From Candidatus Dojkabacteria bacterium (GTDB lineage Bacteria > Patescibacteriota > Dojkabacteria > J137): a stretch of DNA of 43,185 nt. Location of the stretch: the NCBI GenBank assembly GCA_047445235.1, contig JBLGEO010000085.1:1-43185 (forward strand), in the 5' to 3' direction. Position numbers and translations under genes: made by a program. Below are positions 24,467 to 32,330 of this stretch, in pieces; the first letter of the stretch is position 1, and every line of letters begins with the position of its first letter. A model generated the notes under the pieces. That model made no database searches, was not told the DNA's origin, and worked only from the letters and a program-made list of their open reading frames with translations.

Positions 24467-26871
24467 AAGAGATAATAAAAAAAACTGTAGTAATAATTTT
24501 CTTTCTTGGATTGTTTGCAGGTACTTTTTTTGTAACTAGCATCACTTTCAATAAAAACTTAGATGCTGCTTGTTGTCCAGGTTCACCAGGTTGCTCGGGT
24601 ACTTGCCAAGGAGCTAGGCAAAATCCACCTGGTGGTTGCGGATGTTACACAAATTCTGAAGGTTGCGGAAGTTGTGGGTCGCCTCCACCTCCACCTCCAC
24701 CACCATGTGTTGGTGCAGCGCCTAAAAAGGCTACTAATACGTCACCACTAAATGGATCAATAAATAATCCAAAACCAGTTACTTTCAAATGGGTAAACGG
24801 TGCATGGGGAAATGGTTGTCCAAGCACACTCTATAATAGGGTTTTCTACAGGTTAAAAGGGGTTACTGCTTGTTCGACGCTTACTGGATATACAGCAACT
24901 GCGTATTTTGCTGGTACAACTTCACACGTTTTAAATACTGAATTACAATGGGGTAGTACTTATTGTTGGTATATTGATCAGTTCAATGCAACATATCATT
25001 CTTATTCAGTGCCAACAGAATTTACAACTTCAATAGTTCCGACTTATACTGGTGGAGGATTTTCGGGTGTAGATGTATGTGGAAATCAAAGCTCTGGAAG
25101 AGCAGGTGCAGCAGGTGTTACAAACCCAATTGATTGGAATTTCAGTTTTAACAATCCAGAACCAGGAAATGTACCATGGTGGTACATTACTTTGATGGTT
25201 CCAACTACAGGCTCATTTGCAATTACAGCGGATACTTTTGATTGGACAACTGCGTATAACTACGCATTGAATGCAGGAACCTTTGTTTTTGGATTGGCAT
25301 ACAATCCAACAAGTAAGGTAACATCTTATATGACACTGCAGCAAAGCCCACTTCAATGGAATGCTTCTGCTGTTGGTTCGACCACATTAAACAGCGCGAA
25401 CGGAAGAGCAACTTTATATGATCTAGGTACGAATACTTCACATACAGAAGCTGGTTCAAGCTTATCTACTAAGTGGAGAATAGGTTTTAATAATACATTT
25501 CCTTCTGGAACTTACAATATGTATTCTATTGTTCTTATTGGTAATAGCTCTGCTTATTTTGCAAGTAACGATGCAACAGCTGCTAATCCTTATATAGCAA
25601 GGAAGACTGGTACATGGAAGGTTGATACTGCTGTTCCCTCAGCTACTGTATCTGGTCCAATAATAAATGCTGATGGAACATTTAATATGACTTGGTCTGC
25701 TTCAGATAATATCGCAATAAGTGATCTAAAAAGTTACATTTACTCAGACACAAATGGATCTACTTTACATGACAATACTACCGGCGGTGCTGATATTGTT
25801 ACTAGTACTACTGAACCAACCTATCCCTTCCCATCTAATGCAGGTATTACACCAGCGAACCTTGGTTCTAAGAATTATACGGATAAAAGTGCTGGGAGCG
25901 GTTCGGAATATGACTTTAAAATTTCTGTTAAAGATGCAGCTTGTAATATAACTGAGTACAAAGCGAAAAAAGATCCATTAACTCCATGGATTCTTGGTGT
26001 TAATGGTGACATTTCTGGAAGAGATGGTATCGATAAAACTCAAATTCCTGTAATCGCAAGCTTTAATATTCCATTCACAACATCAACCGGTAATTCATAT
26101 TTTGTTCAGAATGGTGCAATAAGTGGAACTGGTACAAATGCAGATGGAACGGTATCAAAATATTCTGAAAGTGTACTAAATTACTTAGATGATGCAGTAA
26201 ATGCTCCACATAGTACAACTGGGATTTGGTACGATTACTTACTAGATTTAGTAACCAGAAACGCAATAACAGCTGTAGCAACAAAACCAAGTAAAACAAT
26301 ATCATCAACTATGTCTTCTGGTTTAGTGGTCGCAGCAAATTCCAAATACGCAGCAGAAATAACTGGAGATCTAACAATAACATCTAAGACAGCCTGTGAT
26401 TTAAGAGCAATAGTATTTGTAAGAGGCAACTTATCTATTGATCCAGACTTTACAATTACTGCAGCACCTGCGACAACTCCAATATACAATCAGCTATATA
26501 ATGGATGTATTTTTATTGTAAAAGGAAATGTAAATATAACGAAAGGACAACCGAAAACTGTTCAACCAATGGCTTCTCCAACCCTTGCTTCGTATGATGT
26601 TGTGAATGCATTTATACTCTCAGATGGTACATTCAATGTACCTGCAGATCCTCAAGGCACTGGCCAGAAAGGTGACGGACTTTATATTAATGGTGGTGTA
26701 GTAGCAAGAAATACTGTAGTCTCGGGTGTTACAACAATAAAAAGAGATATTAACCAGCAAGGTAATAATTTACAGCCAGCAACATTCTTCAACCTAGATC
26801 CAAGAATAAAATTAACGTTTGGAGATGACTTTGCGAGCAGAGACTATGCTGTTCGAGAATTTGGGCTATAA
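24463..26871 (+). CDS. module copy 1, large anchored Cys-knot / FN3-like / conserved C-terminal-module protein (802 aa, unknown family)
   Basis: N-terminal helix, 9 Cys in residues 37-82, Pro8 tract, FN3-like segment (VTFKW...STYCWY...PTEFTT), a divergent middle and a conserved last ~295 aa. Colinear paralog of 27803..30280. Confidence 0.85.
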   Translation: MKEIIKKTVVIIFFLGLFAGTFFVTSITFNKNLDAACCPGSPGCSGTCQGARQNPPGGCGCYTNSEGCGSCGSPPPPPPPPCVGAAPKKATNTSPLNGSINNPKPVTFKWVNGAWGNGCPSTLYNRVFYRLKGVTACSTLTGYTATAYFAGTTSHVLNTELQWGSTYCWYIDQFNATYHSYSVPTEFTTSIVPTYTGGGFSGVDVCGNQSSGRAGAAGVTNPIDWNFSFNNPEPGNVPWWYITLMVPTTGSFAITADTFDWTTAYNYALNAGTFVFGLAYNPTSKVTSYMTLQQSPLQWNASAVGSTTLNSANGRATLYDLGTNTSHTEAGSSLSTKWRIGFNNTFPSGTYNMYSIVLIGNSSAYFASNDATAANPYIARKTGTWKVDTAVPSATVSGPIINADGTFNMTWSASDNIAISDLKSYIYSDTNGSTLHDNTTGGADIVTSTTEPTYPFPSNAGITPANLGSKNYTDKSAGSGSEYDFKISVKDAACNITEYKAKKDPLTPWILGVNGDISGRDGIDKTQIPVIASFNIPFTTSTGNSYFVQNGAISGTGTNADGTVSKYSESVLNYLDDAVNAPHSTTGIWYDYLLDLVTRNAITAVATKPSKTISSTMSSGLVVAANSKYAAEITGDLTITSKTACDLRAIVFVRGNLSIDPDFTITAAPATTPIYNQLYNGCIFIVKGNVNITKGQPKTVQPMASPTLASYDVVNAFILSDGTFNVPADPQGTGQKGDGLYINGGVVARNTVVSGVTTIKRDINQQGNNLQPATFFNLDPRIKLTFGDDFASRDYAVREFGL
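24682..24705 (+). repeat. (CCTCCA)3-CCACCA simple repeat encoding Pro8
   Basis: Read directly: CCT CCA CCT CCA CCT CCA CCA CCA. It is absent from the paralog. Confidence 0.9.
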
Positions 26872-26877
26872 AGTGAT

Positions 26878-26905
26878 TTGCAATCCTCCTTCATGCTGAT
26901 ATACT
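26878..26905 (+). promoter_or_regulatory. promoter of module copy 2 (TTGCAA-N16-TGaTATACT)
   Basis: TTGCAATCCTCCTTCATGCTGATATACT lies 32 nt upstream of ATG 26938, with the same spacing and hexamers as copy 1. Confidence 0.55.
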
Positions 26906-26937
26906 AATTGGAATATCAATAAAATTAATCTCAATTA

Positions 26938-27378
26938 ATGAAAAATATAGTTTTCGTAATAAGCATTGTACTTCTGTTTGTTTCTACATCTTCCTATTTA
27001 GCAATCACAGCTTTAAGAAACTCTAGTAAACAATATTGGGGAGATAATGTTAACTTAGATGGTTCTTGGTTGAGTAAAGAAAATACCATAATTTCTGAAT
27101 ATAGAGTTAAAGAAGGAGTAAAGGGAACTTTTAATGGATATGGAATACCTAAAAATAAAGACAAAGATTTATTAACTTTGAGATTAACAGATTCTGTAGA
27201 AAAGACTGATTTCACTGTAACAATCCCACGACTTTATAACGCGGATAAAATTTCTATGACATCTGAAGATTTAATTAAAACTTTGGAAAGCAATGGTGGA
27301 GGCGTTTTCGAGATTGTTAATCCTAGTGATACAGAGCAAGGTTACTTAAACACTATATTTTTTGTAGCTGCACCATGA
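26938..27378 (+). CDS. module copy 2, small anchored protein A' (146 aa)
   Basis: Paralog of 23583..24029 with an N-terminal helix and an ATGA junction to the next gene. Confidence 0.8.
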   Translation: MKNIVFVISIVLLFVSTSSYLAITALRNSSKQYWGDNVNLDGSWLSKENTIISEYRVKEGVKGTFNGYGIPKNKDKDLLTLRLTDSVEKTDFTVTIPRLYNADKISMTSEDLIKTLESNGGGVFEIVNPSDTEQGYLNTIFFVAAP

Positions 27379-27806
27379 AGATCGTCTTATCGGTTATATT
27401 CCTTTTAATAGCAGGTGTGCTAGGGTATTTGAGCTATACGAGCTATATGTCATATGTAGATTCAAAAACTAATACATACACATACGTTAGTTCAGAAAAG
27501 AGTCAGATAATAACAATAGAAGCCAAAAGCTTTCAATTTGTAAAAGATCTAACAACTAATAATTATAAAATTATTTCTAAAGATTTAAATCAAATAGAAT
27601 TAGATGGAAGCAAATATCAACTCTCTACTTTCTTCTCTGATTGGGAAAAACAAGCTTTAGATAGCAATTCAACAACACTTTTTCCAACTAACAATTGTAA
27701 ATACATTAACTTTATTTACCAAATAAACAAAGGAAAAGCGTTCTCTGATAATCTTCAATATTTATACTGTACAAATACAGCGACTCCAAATCTTTTGGCT
27801 ATATGA
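27375..27806 (+). CDS. module copy 2, small anchored protein B' (143 aa)
   Basis: Paralog of 24026..24466 with a conserved Cys pair (NNCKYIN and LYCTN). ATGA junctions on both sides. Confidence 0.8.
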   Translation: MKIVLSVIFLLIAGVLGYLSYTSYMSYVDSKTNTYTYVSSEKSQIITIEAKSFQFVKDLTTNNYKIISKDLNQIELDGSKYQLSTFFSDWEKQALDSNSTTLFPTNNCKYINFIYQINKGKAFSDNLQYLYCTNTATPNLLAI

Positions 27807-30280
27807 AAATAAAATATAAAATAAAAAGGTACCAATTTGTTTTCGTTGTTTTTTTTCTTTTAGGAATTATTACACCTGTACTAACAGTAAGTAGAACTTT
27901 AGAGGCGTCGGACTGTGGTCCTGGTAATTGTTATGGTCACAGAAGTTGTAGTGCACCAGATGGTTGTGGAGGTTGTGGATGTTACCCTGATGGACAATGC
28001 AGCGGAGGTTGCCCTGAAAGTGGAAATAATGGTGGCGATAGTTGTCAGAAAGCAGCTCCATTGAAGGCAACATTAACAGCTCCTGCCGACAAAGCTACAA
28101 ATGTAGCAAAACCTGTTACTTTAAAATGGTTAAATAATTCATTTGGGGATGGTTGTCCTTCAGTACCAAAAGACAGAATTCTTTATAAATTAAAGGATAC
28201 TGCATGTACCGTAGCAGATAACACGCCATATCTTATAACTGGACCCACCGGTACAAGACCATATGTACTACCTGTTAGACAAGGGGAAAGTGTACTTTAT
28301 GCAAAACCTTACCAAGCTACTCCTTATACAGCACAGTCAAATAGCGTAGTCCTCAACGCAGAGCTAGAGTGGGGAAAGACCTATTGTTGGAAAGTACAGA
28401 AGTCTAACGGAGCTTTTACCAGTATCTCAGCACCTAGCGAATTTACAACTACTAAAACACCTACATATGTTGCAGGTGGATTGGCTGCGGATGTTTGTGG
28501 TAATAATGAAATAGGAAGATACGACAGCACTGGTTCAACAGGAACTACTAATCCAATTGAATGGTCTATGACTTTCTCAAACCCAGAACCTACGAACAAT
28601 ATTGAATGGGCCTCTCTTGTGTTTGTTAAGAATACCTCAGCAATTGCAGGAGCGTTCGTACCTTGGGGGAATGTTATTACAAATGCTATAAGTTCAGGAG
28701 GATTTGTATTCTCTGTAAGTAAAAATGCTACTGGTTATGTATATTCATCTTATCAAAGTTCACCAATCCAGTGGAATAATGCAGCTGCAGGAGCAACAAG
28801 TATTAACAGCCCAGGTAATACAGCATCACTCATTGATCTGGGGACAGGTACAAAACAAGTAACAAATGGGAATCAAACTACAACTACTTTCAGAGTTCGT
28901 GCTAATAGCATGCCAGCGGGTTCTTACGCTGTATTTGCAATGGCTGAGACAAGAAATGGAAAAGTAATAATTGGAAGTAGTGATGCAACTGCAAGTATTA
29001 ATAGTATAGGAAGAAGAGTTGGGACTATGGTAGTTGATCTTGTTCCTCCAGCAGCATCACTCTCAGGACCTTCATATCAAGCAGATGGGTCTTTTAATCT
29101 AGGTTGGAATGCTGTAGATAACTTTTCACTTAAAGAAGTGTACTCATACATTTATTCAGATACTCCAGGCTCTCAATTACAAGATAATACAGCAGGGATT
29201 ACAATAAATGCAGGTACAACTGAACTGAGTTATCCAGATGCTTCCAATGCTGGTGTAACAAAACCAACATTAGGTTTAAGAAACTATACAGATGTAACCC
29301 CAGGAACACTTGCTACTTATAACTATAAACTTTATGCACGAGACAGTGCATGCAACTCATCCGAAGGTACAGCAGTATCTCAACATGTGACACCTTGGAT
29401 TCTGGGAACGAGTGGAGACATTTCTTCTTATGTAAGTATTGAAAAAACAAGAGTACCCGACATACCTAATTTTACAGTTCCATTTACAAGTTCAACTGGA
29501 AGTTCTTACTTCTCTGAATATAGCTCAATAAGCGGTAGCAGTTTAAATGCCAAAGGTAATGCTTCAAAGCATAATGAGGTAGTAAATAATTATTTAGATG
29601 AAGCAGTAATTTCGACTCACGATTCAAGTGGAACTTGGTATGCAGGTTTATTAGATAAAGTGAAACGAAATGAAAAAACTAGTATATTACCATTATCTAG
29701 TAGGACTATTTCTGGAGATATGGCCTCAGGTTTAGGGACTACTGCAAATACGAGGTATGGTGTTGAAGTTGGTGGAGATTTAACTATTAACTCAGACACT
29801 AAATGTAATTTACGAGCAATTGTCTTCGTTAATGGGAATTTAGTTATAAATCCAGACTTTACTATTGCAGCTGCTCCTAATACTCCAGTTATAACAGATC
29901 AAGTTTATAATGGCTGTCTATTTATTGTTAAAGGTAATACAACAATTCTAACTGGTACAACAAAAACTAATCAACCATCATCATCATCTACCTTAGCAAG
30001 TTACGATATTGTTGAAGCATATATATTAACTGATGGTACCCTAAATATTCCAAGAGATACCCAAGCTTTAGGACAGAAGGAAGATGGACTTTATATAAAT
30101 GGAGGTGCTTATGCAAAGAGTACTATGACAGGTGCAGTTTCTAGTTTAAAAAGAGATTTAAAATTTGAGGCTAATAATCTTCAACCGTCAATGTTTTTCA
30201 ATTTTGATCCAAGGTATAAACTAATGTTCAGTGAAGATTTCGCAAGCAGAGATTACGAAATTCGAGAATTTGGATTGTAG
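27803..30280 (+). CDS. module copy 2, large anchored Cys-knot / FN3-like / conserved C-terminal-module protein (825 aa)
   Basis: N-terminal helix, 9 Cys in residues 38-81 (DCGPGNCYGHRSCSAPDGCGGCGCYPDGQCSGGCPESGNNGGDSC), FN3-like VTLKW...KTYCWKV...PSEFTT, and a C-terminal module ending DFASRDYEIREFGL. Confidence 0.85.
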   Translation: MKIKYKIKRYQFVFVVFFLLGIITPVLTVSRTLEASDCGPGNCYGHRSCSAPDGCGGCGCYPDGQCSGGCPESGNNGGDSCQKAAPLKATLTAPADKATNVAKPVTLKWLNNSFGDGCPSVPKDRILYKLKDTACTVADNTPYLITGPTGTRPYVLPVRQGESVLYAKPYQATPYTAQSNSVVLNAELEWGKTYCWKVQKSNGAFTSISAPSEFTTTKTPTYVAGGLAADVCGNNEIGRYDSTGSTGTTNPIEWSMTFSNPEPTNNIEWASLVFVKNTSAIAGAFVPWGNVITNAISSGGFVFSVSKNATGYVYSSYQSSPIQWNNAAAGATSINSPGNTASLIDLGTGTKQVTNGNQTTTTFRVRANSMPAGSYAVFAMAETRNGKVIIGSSDATASINSIGRRVGTMVVDLVPPAASLSGPSYQADGSFNLGWNAVDNFSLKEVYSYIYSDTPGSQLQDNTAGITINAGTTELSYPDASNAGVTKPTLGLRNYTDVTPGTLATYNYKLYARDSACNSSEGTAVSQHVTPWILGTSGDISSYVSIEKTRVPDIPNFTVPFTSSTGSSYFSEYSSISGSSLNAKGNASKHNEVVNNYLDEAVISTHDSSGTWYAGLLDKVKRNEKTSILPLSSRTISGDMASGLGTTANTRYGVEVGGDLTINSDTKCNLRAIVFVNGNLVINPDFTIAAAPNTPVITDQVYNGCLFIVKGNTTILTGTTKTNQPSSSSTLASYDIVEAYILTDGTLNIPRDTQALGQKEDGLYINGGAYAKSTMTGAVSSLKRDLKFEANNLQPSMFFNFDPRYKLMFSEDFASRDYEIREFGL

Positions 30281-30294
30281 AATAGATTAAAGAT

Positions 30295-30322
30295 TTGCAC
30301 AGTAATTCCCACATGTTAGAAT
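30295..30322 (+). promoter_or_regulatory. candidate promoter of the FMN-reductase/zwf/gnd block (TTGCAC-N16-TGtTAGAAT)
   Basis: TTGCACAGTAATTCCCACATGTTAGAAT has the same geometry as the two module promoters (GATTTGCA at -35, TGn extended -10). Confidence 0.45.
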
Positions 30323-30355
30323 ATTTTAATCGAGTATTTTTTACTTCTTGTTTGA

Positions 30356-30919
30356 ATGGATAAGTTAAACATTATTGTTATTGAAGGAACAAAAAGAACC
30401 GAGAGGTTGTCTATTACAGCTGCTAAATATGTGTTCGAAGTCGGTAAAACCATTCCAGAAATCGAAGTAACATTTGTAGACCCATTAGACTTTACATTAA
30501 CTCCAGAAGGACATAATCCTCAAGATAAAGACCCTAAATTTTCAGAATTAACTGCAAAAGCTGACGGTTTTTTTATTGTTACTCCAGAATATAATCATAG
30601 CTACCCAGGAACAATCAAAAGACTTTTAGATAGTGAATATGAAAACTTCCATCACAAAGCGCTTGGCCTAGGCGGTGTTTCTAATGGTCCATGGGGAGGA
30701 GTAAGATGTATTGAAGCTTTAAACCAAGTAGCAAAGGCATTAGGTCTTTCTACATTAAGAAAAGATGTTCAGTTCCCCTTTATTCAAGATATTTTTGATG
30801 AGAATGGAAAGCCAAAAGATTCCTCATACGAGGCTAGAGTTAGAGGAGTGTATTCAGAACTAATTTGGACTGCAAAATCTTTAAAGTATGGAAGGGATAA
30901 TTTCCCGGTAACTAACTAA
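30356..30919 (+). CDS. NAD(P)H-dependent FMN reductase family protein
   Basis: 187 aa. Flavodoxin-like fold with the TPEYNHSYPG motif typical of the FMN_red family. Confidence 0.82.
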   Translation: MDKLNIIVIEGTKRTERLSITAAKYVFEVGKTIPEIEVTFVDPLDFTLTPEGHNPQDKDPKFSELTAKADGFFIVTPEYNHSYPGTIKRLLDSEYENFHHKALGLGGVSNGPWGGVRCIEALNQVAKALGLSTLRKDVQFPFIQDIFDENGKPKDSSYEARVRGVYSELIWTAKSLKYGRDNFPVTN

Positions 30920-30938
30920 TAAATCTTAACTTTAGTAA

Positions 30939-32312
30939 ATGTCAGAACCGACAATAATTGTAATCTTTGGTGCAACAGGAGATCTAGTAAATAAAAAAAT
31001 TATTCCTTCAATTTACAATTTATTTAAAGAACAAAAACTTCCAGAAAAGTTCAAAGTAATTGCCTTTGCCAGAAGAGATTTTAAAGATGGAAAATATAAT
31101 GAGATTGTAAATGAGAGCTTAAATACTTATGGCGGAGTTAAAGAAGGAGAAGATGTTTCAGTGTTTTTGAAGTTGTTTGAATATTTTCAAGGAAATTTCG
31201 ACGATCTAGTCGCTCTTCAGGGATTAAATGAAAGATTAAAATCATTAACCGGAGAACTCGGAGGTCAATCCCAGAAGTTATTTTATCTAGCTGTTCCTCC
31301 TGAATATTACAACGAACTATTTTCAAATATTCACAATTCAAACATCCCAGATGAGAGATCTAGAATTATTGTGGAAAAACCATTTGGCAGTAATTTAGAA
31401 TCTGCACAGAAACTGGATGAACTTCTAGGTAAGTTATTTAAAGAAGAACAAATATTCAGAATTGATCACTATCTTGGCAAAGAAGCGCTGCAGAATATTC
31501 TTACCTTCAGATTTGCAAATTTAATATTTGAACCAATTTGGAACAGTAACTATATTGAAAGAATTGAGATTAGAACGTTAGAAAGTATGGGAGTGGAAAA
31601 AAGAGGTGAGTTTTACGATAAAGTGGGAGCTTTAAGAGATGTTGGTCAGAACCACCTGTTACAAATGCTAGCACTTACAACAATGGAGAATCCAGGAAGT
31701 GGTGACGTAAGAGAAAAAAGGGCAGAGCTTTTAGAAAAACTAGTGCCATTGACTGATGATGATGTGAGGAATAATTCCTTTAGAGCGCAATATGAAGGAT
31801 ATAAGCAGATAGAAGATGTAGACCCAAACTCTAATACCGAAACTTATTTCCACCTAAGCTGCAAACTTAATAGTGAAAGATGGAAGGATACAGAGATAGT
31901 CTTAGAAGCCGGGAAAAAACTAAATAGGGCAATTAAGGAAATAATTATTTTCTTTAAACCAGTTGGAAATAATCCTAGAAATAAGATCTTTTTTACGATT
32001 GAACCCACAGAAGAGATTAAGATAAAATTTCAATCAAACTCATCTGGTGATAAAAATTCAAAAGAAGAGGGAAGTCTTGATTTTAACTTTAGAGCAAATG
32101 TTGAAAAGAAACAGTACGTAGAGGAATATGCACAGTTGTTTCTAGATGCAATTGATGGTGAGATGATGTCTTTTGTAAGTTCTAAAGAAGTTGAAGCAAT
32201 GTGGAGATTTGTAGATTCAGTAAAAGATGGTTGGGACAAAGGTCTAACACAGTTAAATATATATAAACCAGGTGAGGATATAGTTATAACTGGATCTGGA
32301 AATAAACTTTAA
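30939..32312 (+). CDS. zwf: glucose-6-phosphate 1-dehydrogenase
   Basis: 457 aa with GATGDL, EKPFG and RIDHYLGKE signature motifs. Confidence 0.95.
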   Translation: MSEPTIIVIFGATGDLVNKKIIPSIYNLFKEQKLPEKFKVIAFARRDFKDGKYNEIVNESLNTYGGVKEGEDVSVFLKLFEYFQGNFDDLVALQGLNERLKSLTGELGGQSQKLFYLAVPPEYYNELFSNIHNSNIPDERSRIIVEKPFGSNLESAQKLDELLGKLFKEEQIFRIDHYLGKEALQNILTFRFANLIFEPIWNSNYIERIEIRTLESMGVEKRGEFYDKVGALRDVGQNHLLQMLALTTMENPGSGDVREKRAELLEKLVPLTDDDVRNNSFRAQYEGYKQIEDVDPNSNTETYFHLSCKLNSERWKDTEIVLEAGKKLNRAIKEIIIFFKPVGNNPRNKIFFTIEPTEEIKIKFQSNSSGDKNSKEEGSLDFNFRANVEKKQYVEEYAQLFLDAIDGEMMSFVSSKEVEAMWRFVDSVKDGWDKGLTQLNIYKPGEDIVITGSGNKL

Positions 32313-32330
32313 TTAATTAATAATTCGGAT

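Larger units (their letters stand above)
23524..26871 (+). repeat. diverged tandem duplication unit 1 (promoter plus three translationally coupled genes)
   Basis: Colinear at protein level with 26878..30280. DNA identity is only moderate, so this is an old duplication rather than an assembly artefact. Confidence 0.85.
26878..30280 (+). repeat. diverged tandem duplication unit 2
   Basis: Same promoter, gene order, gene sizes and ATGA junctions as unit 1. Confidence 0.85.

Noticed and set aside
24563-24827. Two short ORFs (62 aa plus strand, 60 aa minus strand with a Gly8 run) over the Cys/Pro-rich region
   Set aside because: They are alternative-frame or antisense readings of the locally GC-rich Cys/Gly/Pro codons of the 802-aa gene. 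They have no independent start context, and the paralogous locus has no equivalents.
26770-26871. C-terminal sorting signal (LPXTG, PEP-CTERM, GlyGly-CTERM) on the large module proteins
   Set aside because: Both end in the hydrophilic ...DFASRDY(A/E)(V/I)REFGL, with no terminal hydrophobic helix or basic tail and no LPXTG-like motif.
24463-30280. Enrichment of N-x-S/T sequons suggesting heavy N-glycosylation
   Set aside because: I counted about 17 sequons in the 802-aa protein. Given its high Asn, Ser and Thr content, roughly a dozen are expected by chance, so the excess is not convincing without a proper statistical test.
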